NCBI GenBank assembly: GCA_041661505.1
Contig: JBAZUF010000005.1
Span: forward strand, 3,532-67,531
Direction of reading: 5' to 3'
Length of the DNA: 64,000 bases
Source of the DNA: Patescibacteria group bacterium
GTDB lineage: Bacteria > Patescibacteriota > Patescibacteriia > Patescibacteriales > JBAZCA01
Numbering within the stretch: position 1 is the first letter of the stretch; each line of letters begins with the position of its first letter. Both the position numbers and the translations under genes were made by a program. Below, piece after piece: positions 46,097 through 53,706 of this stretch. Below the pieces are notes generated by a model that searched no databases, had not been told where the DNA came from, and saw nothing but the letters and a program-made list of their open reading frames with translations.

Positions 46097-46885
46097 CTAT
46101 CGCACTTTATAATTCAAATTAATTTCAATTATAATTTCCTGGGTGCCGGACGGTACTGACGGTGCGGAAACTTCGCCGCCGCCCATTCCGCCTTTCCCAT
46201 AATCCTGACTGGCATACTGGCTTGTGTTAGGCGCCTGTATGATATTTTCCCACCAGCCGATTACCTTGCCCAGCCTTACTCCGGCCGCTTCCGCGATACT
46301 GCCAGCCTTGGCGCGGGCATCCGCAATAGCTATAATCCTGGCTTCCTGCTTCAAATCCTCCAGCCTTGAAGAGTCAAAACTTATCCCGGCTACCTGATTT
46401 GCTCCGGCTTTGGAAGCTTCGGAAATTGCTTTGGAAACCTGATCCGATCCGGATTTGAAATTTTTCACCTTAATTACTAACTGCTGGTTAGCACTATAGC
46501 CGGTAACCGTCGAAATGCCGTTGACTGTATCATACTGGGGATTTAATGAATAATTCTGGGTCTGGATATCTTCGGCTTTGACGCCGGCTTTCTTGACGGC
46601 TTCAATAATCTTATTAATTGATCCGTTCAGCTGATTTAAAGCGTCTTCGGCCTTTTTTACCTTATCAACCTGGACGCCCAAAGTAATATTCGCGATGTCC
46701 GGCTGGTAGTAAACTTTCCCTTGGCCGATCACCGCTACCTGGTTTTGGTCCGGATTCGTAATATAGTCGCGTAAAATCGATACAACCACGATTGCGCCCA
46801 CCACCAATACCCCTAAAAGGACTAGGGGGCGTTTTGATTTTAACCAGCTTTCGCTTGATGAGTTAAGCATAAATTTTTGGCGCAT
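46097..46885 (-). CDS. SIMPL-domain (DUF541) protein, membrane-anchored
   Basis: 262 aa with an N-terminal TM. The alternating beta/alpha pattern and motifs (..ANITLGVQV....A.DA........I..A.K.AGV...DIQT..YSL.P.Y..) are typical of the SIMPL / 26-kDa periplasmic immunogenic protein family. Confidence 0.7.
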   Translation of the reverse strand: MRQKFMLNSSSESWLKSKRPLVLLGVLVVGAIVVVSILRDYITNPDQNQVAVIGQGKVYYQPDIANITLGVQVDKVKKAEDALNQLNGSINKIIEAVKKAGVKAEDIQTQNYSLNPQYDTVNGISTVTGYSANQQLVIKVKNFKSGSDQVSKAISEASKAGANQVAGISFDSSRLEDLKQEARIIAIADARAKAGSIAEAAGVRLGKVIGWWENIIQAPNTSQYASQDYGKGGMGGGEVSAPSVPSGTQEIIIEINLNYKVR

Positions 46886-46929
46886 CAGATTATGCCCAAT
46901 GCGCGATGAAGAATAAATTCGTATCTAAA

Positions 46930-46967
46930 TCATATAAAAATAGCCCGCACTTGGCAAGGCTATTTTT
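46930..46967 (-). terminator. candidate terminator after the cupin gene
   Basis: AAAATAGCC / GGCTATTTT is a perfect 9-bp stem (46937-46945 / 46958-46966) with a 12-nt loop and a U-rich 3' flank on the minus strand. Confidence 0.5.
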
Positions 46968-47050
46968 AAGCGCTTTCTTATATCAAATTTTTTCAAACCA
47001 ATCTTCAGGGCCGTTTTCTTCGCCTCCACCTCTTAATCCTGCCGCTATTT

Positions 47051-47452
47051 TTATTCGTACTCTGTCGTTTTGCCGTCGAAATGCTCGTCGTCAGCCATAG
47101 CTTCTCCTTTTGTCACGTGCATCACCTTATCGCGGTGCTCGGGAGGAGAATAAACCGTATAAAGCTTCATTGGCTTATCGTTTGAGGTATTTAAAATATT
47201 ATGCTTTACTCCGGCCGGAACGACAATCGCCGAACCGTCTTCAATCGGGTATTCGGCGTCGTTTAAAATTGCTTTGCCAATACCGGATTCGACCCGTAAA
47301 AATTGATCAAGATGATGGACTTCTTCGCCGATATCCTGGCCTGGATCCAAGCTCATCAATACCAGCTGGGAATTTTTCGCGGTATAGAGTACTTGGCGAA
47401 AATTCTCATTTTTTAAAGTTAGTTTCTCGATGTTGGAAACATAGCCTTTCAT
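47051..47452 (-). CDS. cupin-domain protein
   Basis: 133 aa. G.E...H.H...Q....V..G ... VVPAGV.HN matches the two-motif cupin signature. Confidence 0.75.
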   Translation of the reverse strand: MKGYVSNIEKLTLKNENFRQVLYTAKNSQLVLMSLDPGQDIGEEVHHLDQFLRVESGIGKAILNDAEYPIEDGSAIVVPAGVKHNILNTSNDKPMKLYTVYSPPEHRDKVMHVTKGEAMADDEHFDGKTTEYE

Positions 47453-47511
47453 AAATTTTTGCTTTAAGTAAGATTTAAATATTAAACCAAATTAATTTTG
47501 CCATCTCTTTA

Positions 47512-47697
47512 TTAATAATTCATTAAGGTTATTATATCAAAGCTTTTGTTTGTTCCACAGCTCGTAAAACCGGAGGAGTGACGCGAAAAAAACCGCCAGC
47601 GGTAAGGCTTTAAGTAGCTGCCGATATCGCGGATAAGCTGCCAGTTTGAGTAGCTTAACAGCTTTTCAGAATCAATTTTCTCCCCTTTCATTTCCAT
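47512..47697 (-). pseudogene. remnant of the 5' end of an ABC exporter (MsbA/ABC_membrane-type) gene
   Basis: The ORF opens ..KLLSYSNWQLIRDIGSYLKPYRWRFF.., the stereotyped N-terminus of type-I ABC exporters. It then degenerates and stops after 61 codons. A +1 frame continues FFASLLRFYELW before a stop. No TMD or NBD follows. Confidence 0.45.
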
Positions 47698-47717
47698 GGC
47701 TTATTGATATTTATTTT

Positions 47718-48611
47718 TTAGTTTGCCGTTGCCGCCCCAGATTTCTTATTAATTCCTAATAAAATTACCCCGGCGCACATTGGAATGATTGATAATAACT
47801 GAAAACCGGTAGGAGCATCATGAAGAATCAGCCAGACGAAAAACAGGGTCAGAAGAGGCGAAGTGCTGGATAAGGCCGTTGCTTTAGTTACGCTAATACG
47901 GTGGATTCCTTCAATCCATAAAATCTTTGAAAAGCCGAGAAGAATAAACCCATTTAACAATAAATAAAATATGACGCTCTTTATGCCGGATGAATAAAAA
48001 TTGGAGTTAAAAAAAACGGCTAAAGTTAAAATAATAGGAAAACTAACCATAGCCCGGATAAAAAGAATTGATTGGCTGCTAACGCTCTTCCTGGCTCTCT
48101 GCTGGAAAAAATTCCCTAGCGGCGCTATAAAGGCGGCGATTAAAACCAGAAAATCACCGATTTGCGGCTTATGAAAATTTGGATATAAAACAATCAAGGC
48201 TCCAGCCAAAACCAAGAAAGCGCCGAAAATATGCGTCCTGGGAATATAATGCTTGTGCCATAAATGGAAAAAAACAAAACTAAAAAATACTTCAGTCAAA
48301 GCGATAATGGCCGCGTTGCCTGGAGTAGTGTAGCGGAGGCCGAAATAATAAAAAAGATAATAAACCACCCCCAAGATTATTGAGGCCCATAAGATATCGC
48401 CGAACGCTTCCCGTCTTTTTAATTCCGGCCATCTCCTTTTAAGAGTTAAAGCCAAAGCGAAAAAAACCGCGGAGAAGAAAGTACTAATACCTAACGACAC
48501 CAGCGGAGGAATTGCTCTTAAGGATAACGCGGTGATGATAGGAAAAAAACTCCAGAGCATGGTGCCGGACAATATTGACGCTTCCCCTTGTCTTTCTTTA
48601 CTGATAGCCAT
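47718..48611 (-). CDS. EamA/DMT-family transporter
   Basis: 297 aa with 10 TM helices arranged as two 5-TM EamA repeats. Confidence 0.8.
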   Translation of the reverse strand: MAISKERQGEASILSGTMLWSFFPIITALSLRAIPPLVSLGISTFFSAVFFALALTLKRRWPELKRREAFGDILWASIILGVVYYLFYYFGLRYTTPGNAAIIALTEVFFSFVFFHLWHKHYIPRTHIFGAFLVLAGALIVLYPNFHKPQIGDFLVLIAAFIAPLGNFFQQRARKSVSSQSILFIRAMVSFPIILTLAVFFNSNFYSSGIKSVIFYLLLNGFILLGFSKILWIEGIHRISVTKATALSSTSPLLTLFFVWLILHDAPTGFQLLSIIPMCAGVILLGINKKSGAATAN

Positions 48612-48649
48612 ATCTATTATTATATTTCAATATTATAACTAAAACATTA

Positions 48650-48689
48650 AAAAAGCCAACAATAAAAATACGCCCATGCCGGGGCGTAT
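48650..48689 (-). terminator. rho-independent terminator after the ABC-2 permease gene
   Basis: The minus strand reads ATACGCCC-CGGCAT-GGGCGTAT (8 bp) followed by TTTTATTGTTGGCTTTTTT. Confidence 0.6.
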
Positions 48690-48720
48690 GATTTTAGCCT
48701 TACTGGCTTTATTTAAATTT

Positions 48721-49467
48721 TTAGACCTGAATCTTAGAAAAGAAATAACTGCCTAAGAGAAGAAAAAACATAGTTACTAGCGACAATACGGTTAAATCTA
48801 AAGCCAGGCTGAAATGCGAAGTGCCGATTAAAAAGCCGCGCAGGGCGTCGATGCCGTAAGTTAAGGGATCAAGCTTAGCGACAATATCAATGGCTTTAGG
48901 CAGGCCTTGCAAGGGAAACAGGGCGCCGGACAAGAAGAATAAAGGCATAACCAGGAAGTTAATAATCAGCTGGAAGCCCTGCATGTCTTCCAGAAACGAC
49001 GCGATAGCCGTTCCCAGGGCAGTAAAAAGTAAAGCCACGAGCGCCATAACAAGTATTGCCATAGGCACCAAGCTCCAGCTAACCGGCCGGAAGCCAGCCA
49101 GCATGGAAATTAAAAACACTATAATCCCCTGAATAGTTGCCACTGTGGCTCCGCCTAAAGTCCGTCCGATCATAATATTGACCCGCGGCATAGGCGCGAC
49201 TAAAGTTTCTTTTAAAAAACCAAACTGCCGGTCCCAGATAATTTCCATTCCGGAAAAAATCGAAGTGAAAATTATCGACATGCCGATAATTCCGGGCGCT
49301 AAAAATTCAATATAGTTCCCGGCTCCGGCCTTTTGAAATACCGCCCCAAAGCCATAGCCCAAAGCCAAAAGAAAAAGCAGAGGCTGGGCTAAGGAGCCGA
49401 TAATCCGCGACTTTGACCGCGTATATCTTTTAATTTGGCGTAACCAGAGTATGTATATTTTTTTCAT
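48721..49467 (-). CDS. ABC-2-type exporter permease
   Basis: 248 aa with 6 TM helices. The opening ..WLRQIKRYTRSKSRIIGSLAQPLLFLL.. is typical of ABC-2 permeases, and the gene sits downstream of a DrrA-like ATPase. Confidence 0.85.
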   Translation of the reverse strand: MKKIYILWLRQIKRYTRSKSRIIGSLAQPLLFLLALGYGFGAVFQKAGAGNYIEFLAPGIIGMSIIFTSIFSGMEIIWDRQFGFLKETLVAPMPRVNIMIGRTLGGATVATIQGIIVFLISMLAGFRPVSWSLVPMAILVMALVALLFTALGTAIASFLEDMQGFQLIINFLVMPLFFLSGALFPLQGLPKAIDIVAKLDPLTYGIDALRGFLIGTSHFSLALDLTVLSLVTMFFLLLGSYFFSKIQV

Positions 49468-49487
49468 ATCTAATATTTATCTAAGTA

Positions 49488-49619
49488 AATCCAATATCTT
49501 CTGAAGGGGTTCTTTTGGCTAAAATTGCTTGGTTCGCCCGGGGCGAAATTTTGGCCAAAAGCAGAGTAAAAATTTTCGCTGGAAAAATTTTTATGTCCCT
49601 GAAGAAGATATTGGATTTC
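49488..49619. repeat. intercistronic long hairpin element C (132 nt), structurally similar to A/B/D but lacking their core motif
   Basis: Pairings: AAATCCAATATCTTCT (49488-49503) with AGAAGATATTGGATTT (49604-49619), 16 bp perfect, and CTTTTGGCTAAAATT with AATTTTGGCCAAAAG. The apex is TTCGCCCGGGGCGAA. The right arm carries an extra AAAAATTTT..AAAAATTTTT branch. Confidence 0.7.
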
Positions 49620-49620
49620 C

Positions 49621-50412
49621 TTATCGCTTTCTCGTCCACATGCGCCTCCCCATCCTCAATTTATCCATAGAGGTGCTTTCTTCTTCGCGGATTATTTTCC
49701 CGGTCAAAGCTAAAAATGCCTCTTCCAAAGATTCGGTCTTGGTTTGTTTCTTTAAATCATCAGCCGTTCCAGTGGCGATAATTTTCCCGTGGTCGATAAT
49801 CGCGATCCGCTCCGCCATCTTTTCCGCTTCTTCCATGTAGTGGGTAGTAAAAAACACGGTGGTTTTCTCTTTTTTATTCAGTTCTTTCAGATAGTTCCAC
49901 ATGTGATTCCGGGTTTGCGGATCCAGGCCTAAGGTCGGCTCGTCTAAAAATATAATTTTCGGGTGGTGCAGAAGCCCGCGGGCGATTTCCAGGCGCCTTT
50001 TCATTCCGCCGGAGAACTCCTTAACAAAACTGTTGCGCCGATCGTCCAGTTCTACGAATTTCAAAAGCTCGTCAATTTTTTTCCGCCTTTCAATCTTCGG
50101 CACGTCGTAAAGAATTCCGTGGAATTCAAGATTTTCAAAAGCCGTCAGCTCGTCGTCCAGGCTTGGGTCCTGAAAAATAATACCAATATTCCTTCGGACA
50201 TTACTTGAGTCCTTGGCCACGTTAAATCCCGCCACATCCATTTCCCCTTTAGTGGGATTTAAAAGCGTCGTAAGCATCTTGATGGTCGTTGATTTGCCGG
50301 CGCCGTTCGGGCCTAAAAAGGCGAACACTTCCCCCTCTTTGACTGAAAAGGAAATATTATCGACAGCCGTAAAATCGTCAAATTTTTTGGTTAAATTTTC
50401 TACTTTTATCAT
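49621..50412 (-). CDS. ABC transporter ATP-binding protein (DrrA/ABC-2 type)
   Basis: Walker A GPNGAGKST, Q-loop, signature FSGGMKRRLEIA, Walker B IIFLDEPT and H-loop TTHYMEE. Confidence 0.93.
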   Translation of the reverse strand: MIKVENLTKKFDDFTAVDNISFSVKEGEVFAFLGPNGAGKSTTIKMLTTLLNPTKGEMDVAGFNVAKDSSNVRRNIGIIFQDPSLDDELTAFENLEFHGILYDVPKIERRKKIDELLKFVELDDRRNSFVKEFSGGMKRRLEIARGLLHHPKIIFLDEPTLGLDPQTRNHMWNYLKELNKKEKTTVFFTTHYMEEAEKMAERIAIIDHGKIIATGTADDLKKQTKTESLEEAFLALTGKIIREEESTSMDKLRMGRRMWTRKR

Positions 50413-50605
50413 AATATTAGTGTATAAAAAAACACCCTGAAACCGGATTGAATAATCCTATTATAACTTATACGCATAATAATGCAAAAGCTTTAAGCTG
50501 CCATTAAGGCAAGCGGCTCTTAACTTGAACTTAACATCATTGTAAGAAAATGGTATTAACAGCATCTATATAATAAACCCAGCATTAACTTATTAATTAA
50601 TCACT

Positions 50606-51019
50606 ATGAACAACAAAATTTTAATTTCCGCGGTTATTATCGTGATAATTATTGTTGGCGGGCTGGCCTATATCTATAGCCAGCCGACAAATGACGCCGC
50701 GAATAACCCGCCCTCTAATTCGACGGATAACACCGGTGGAAATGTCCAAAAAGTAACAGTGTCAGGAACTGACTTTAGATTCTCGCCCAGTGAAATCAGG
50801 GTTAAGAACGGCCAGCAGGTAAAGATAACCTTTACCAACAACGGACAATTTCCGCACGACTGGAAAGTTGATGAGTTCAGCGCAGTTACCCCGACGGCCC
50901 AGCCGGGAGAAACAACGGAAGTAACTTTCACGCCTAACCAAACCGGAACCTTCCAGTATTATTGCGCCGTTCCCGGCCATAAAGATAGGGGCATGGTCGG
51001 AAATTTTATAGTAGAATAA
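50606..51019 (+). CDS. membrane-anchored cupredoxin (plastocyanin/azurin-like type-1 copper protein)
   Basis: N-terminal TM helix. Type-1 Cu ligand pattern: His in FPHDW, then YYCAVPGHKDRGMVGNF (Cys-x4-His-x4-Met). Confidence 0.8.
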   Translation: MNNKILISAVIIVIIIVGGLAYIYSQPTNDAANNPPSNSTDNTGGNVQKVTVSGTDFRFSPSEIRVKNGQQVKITFTNNGQFPHDWKVDEFSAVTPTAQPGETTEVTFTPNQTGTFQYYCAVPGHKDRGMVGNFIVE

Positions 51020-51559
51020 TTATTTAGCCGGATTATCTTGCGTTGGCGCGGGGTTGCCCTGGACTTCGACTGAGCCTGTTGCCGCGTTTTCCGGGCGGAT
51101 TTGCACTAGCTGGGCGATAATACTGCCGTCCGAGTTGGCGGTTCCCGTAATCATCACATTTTTTCCGACGGCCATGTCATCTTTAGTGCCGTCAACTGAT
51201 TTGGAAACCGTAGTAGTGTCGGAATAATAGATTGTTTTTGATCCCGTAGCGTTGGATGACCCATTTGCACCGCTGTTCGCGTTTCCGCCATTGCCGCCTA
51301 ACTGGATAGTAATACTCTTATCATCTTTTTTTATAATCTCGCCGGCCACAAATCCGCCGCTATTTCTCATAATCCGGTTGGCGCCGCCAGTCCCCGAGCC
51401 AGAACCGGCGCCTTGGCCAAACGTGGCAAAACCGCCGCCATTCCTTTGAAAATTGGCAAACGGGCTTTTACTGGCCTGGTATTTCATTCCGCCGTAAAAA
51501 CCTGCACCGGCAAACACTATTGCCGCGACAATAGTGATAATAATTGATTTTTTGTCCAT
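51020..51559 (-). CDS. Gly/Asn/Ser-rich membrane-anchored protein, unknown function
   Basis: I place the start at ATG 51559 (MDKKSIIITIVAAIVFAGAGFYGG). The track start 51661 runs into hairpin element D and adds a non-hydrophobic extension. It has low-complexity G/N/S stretches and a small beta-rich C-terminal domain. Confidence 0.65.
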   Translation of the reverse strand: MDKKSIIITIVAAIVFAGAGFYGGMKYQASKSPFANFQRNGGGFATFGQGAGSGSGTGGANRIMRNSGGFVAGEIIKKDDKSITIQLGGNGGNANSGANGSSNATGSKTIYYSDTTTVSKSVDGTKDDMAVGKNVMITGTANSDGSIIAQLVQIRPENAATGSVEVQGNPAPTQDNPAK

Positions 51560-51568
51560 AGAATTTAT

Positions 51569-51746
51569 ATTTCTAATTATATTATGAGTGAAGCATTGAA
51601 AAATTATGGTTTGTAACGGCGTAAAAATTTTGCTACAAAATTTTACTGTTTGACCCCGCATTTGCGGGGGAGTTTAAAATTTTGTTAAAAATTTTTGCGC
51701 TGTTTCCTTAATTTTTCACCTGCAAACGAATAATATAATTAGAAAT
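51569..51746. repeat. long imperfect palindrome / hairpin element D (178 nt) with conserved apical core
   Basis: Pairings: ATTTCTAATTATATTAT (51569-51585) with ATAATATAATTAGAAAT (51730-51746), 17 bp perfect, plus TTGAAAAATTATGG/CCTTAATTTTTCAC-type pairing and GGCGTAAAAATTTT/AAAATTTTTGCGC. The apex is CTGTTTGAC-CCCGC-ATTT-GCGGG-GGAGTT (51646-51674). Confidence 0.85.
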
Positions 51747-51771
51747 TTAGCTTAACATATTAATTACACTC

Positions 51772-52998
51772 TTACTCATATCTCAAGGCCTCAATCGGAT
51801 TCAGTTTGGCGGCGCGCCGGGCCGGATAATAGCCGAAAATAATCCCGATGGCAGCCGAAACGCCGAAAGCCAAAAGAACGGAAGACAGAGAAATCGACGT
51901 GGCGATGCTCGCGAATTTAGAAACGATCGCGGCTAAAAGCCAGCCTAAAATAATCCCAAAAGCCCCGCCGATAAAAGTAAGCATAATAGCTTCGGCTAAA
52001 AATTGATTGGAAATATCGTTCCTTTTGGCGCCAATGGCTTTGCGCAGTCCTATTTCCCGGGTTCGCTCGGTAACGTTAGTAAGCATCATGTTCATAATGC
52101 CGATTCCGCCCACAATCAAGGAAATTCCGGCAATAGCGGCTAAAAGCATAGTAAAAGTTCCGGTTACCGAGGATGCCGTTGCCACGATGTCGGCCTGGTT
52201 TAAAATCTGGAAATCAGCATTAGCCGCGTTAGATATTTTATGGCGCTGGAGCAAGAGATCATTAACCTGATTTTGCACTGCGGTTAAACCGGACTGATCC
52301 TGGGATTGGATATAAATTGTACTAATGTACTCGCTTCCGGATAAATAGCCTTTGGCGGTCGTTAATGGCACAAAAATCATGTCGTCCTGCGAACCGAACC
52401 CTGATCCGCCCTTGGACTTAGAAACGCCGATAACTTTAAAATTAACTTGTTTAATGGCAACAGTTTTGCCAAGGGCGTCAGCTCCGGTGCCGAATAAGTC
52501 GTCTCTCGCTGTCGGTCCTAAAATCGCCACTTTGCTATTAGACCTTAAGTCAGTTTCGGTAAAAAATTGTCCCTGGTCTATCTCGAGATTCCTGACCGCC
52601 GGATATTCAGCTACAGTGCCCACCACCTGGGTATTGGTGTTAGTGCCCTTGGCGGTTATCTGATAGCGGCCAGTCACTTCCGGCTCAACGGCTTTGACGC
52701 CGGTAACTTCAGTCTTGATGGCCTCCGCGTCTTCGGTAGTTAGGGTAGTGGCCGAACCCCGGCCGGCCGATACCCCGCCGCCGCCGACAGAACGCTGGAA
52801 GCCCGGCATAACGATTAAAAGATTGGAGCCGATGGATTCTATGCTGGCTTCAATCGATTTCTGGGCCCCCTGGCCGATCGCGACCATGGCGATTACCGAA
52901 CCAATGCCGATAATTATCCCTAAAATCGTTAAGCCTGACCGGGCTTTGTTGGCGCGGATAGCGAAAAATGTCTCCTGGAATAAATCATTTACTAGCAT
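51772..52998 (-). CDS. MacB/FtsX-family ABC transporter permease
   Basis: 408 aa. TM1, a large extracytoplasmic MacB_PCD domain, then a C-terminal FtsX 3-TM bundle (..ERTREIGLRKAIGA...I..QFL.EA..). Confidence 0.9.
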   Translation of the reverse strand: MLVNDLFQETFFAIRANKARSGLTILGIIIGIGSVIAMVAIGQGAQKSIEASIESIGSNLLIVMPGFQRSVGGGGVSAGRGSATTLTTEDAEAIKTEVTGVKAVEPEVTGRYQITAKGTNTNTQVVGTVAEYPAVRNLEIDQGQFFTETDLRSNSKVAILGPTARDDLFGTGADALGKTVAIKQVNFKVIGVSKSKGGSGFGSQDDMIFVPLTTAKGYLSGSEYISTIYIQSQDQSGLTAVQNQVNDLLLQRHKISNAANADFQILNQADIVATASSVTGTFTMLLAAIAGISLIVGGIGIMNMMLTNVTERTREIGLRKAIGAKRNDISNQFLAEAIMLTFIGGAFGIILGWLLAAIVSKFASIATSISLSSVLLAFGVSAAIGIIFGYYPARRAAKLNPIEALRYE

Positions 52999-53003
52999 AA
53001 TTC

Positions 53004-53696
53004 CTATTGGGCGTTATGAGATTTTTTATCTTCGACGATCACTCCGTCCCGGATGGAAATTATCCGGTTGGCGTGCGCCGCCACTTCCCGCTCATGGGTA
53101 ATTAAAATAATAGTGTGGCCTTCCCTTTCATTTAGTTCCCGGAAAGTTTTTAATACTATTTCGCCGGTCTTGGTGTCAAGATTTCCGGTCGGCTCATCGG
53201 CTAAAATTATGGATGGGTTATTGACTAGCGCTCGGGCAATGGCTACCCTTTGCATTTGCCCGCCGGATAACTGGTTGGTTAAATGCGACCAGCGGTTTTC
53301 TTCGAGGCCGGCCGAAAGCAAAGCCTTTTTTGCCATCTCTTCCCTTTTATCGCCGGGCACTTCGGCGTAGACTAATGGCAGTATGACGTTCCGCAGAACG
53401 GTTGATCGCGCGAGCAAATTAAACGCTTGGAAAACAAAGCCGATTTTATTTTTCCTAATCTCCGCCAGTTCCTCGTCAGTGAGTTTTGATACATCCTGGC
53501 CTTCTAAAAGATATTGGCCGTTGGTTGGGGTATCCAAAGCGCCGATAATATGCATGATTGTGGATTTTCCCGAACCCGAAGGGCCGGTAATGGCAATGAA
53601 TTCACCTTTGTCAATCTTAAACGACACATCTTTTAATACGTGCGTCTCCACATCGCCGGTATTGTATATTTTATTGATTTTTACGCATTCCAGCAT
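53004..53696 (-). CDS. ABC transporter ATP-binding protein (MacB/LolD-type)
   Basis: Contains GPSGSGKST, FVFQ.FNL, LSGGQMQRVAIARAL, ILADEPTGNLD and ITHE. Confidence 0.95.
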   Translation of the reverse strand: MLECVKINKIYNTGDVETHVLKDVSFKIDKGEFIAITGPSGSGKSTIMHIIGALDTPTNGQYLLEGQDVSKLTDEELAEIRKNKIGFVFQAFNLLARSTVLRNVILPLVYAEVPGDKREEMAKKALLSAGLEENRWSHLTNQLSGGQMQRVAIARALVNNPSIILADEPTGNLDTKTGEIVLKTFRELNEREGHTIILITHEREVAAHANRIISIRDGVIVEDKKSHNAQ

Positions 53697-53706
53697 ATTA
53701 GATCTA

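Noticed and set aside
46906-47100. 64-aa plus-strand ORF in the SIMPL/cupin intergenic region.
   Set aside because: It overlaps the cupin gene's 3' end and the terminator hairpin. It has no SD, promoter or family similarity.
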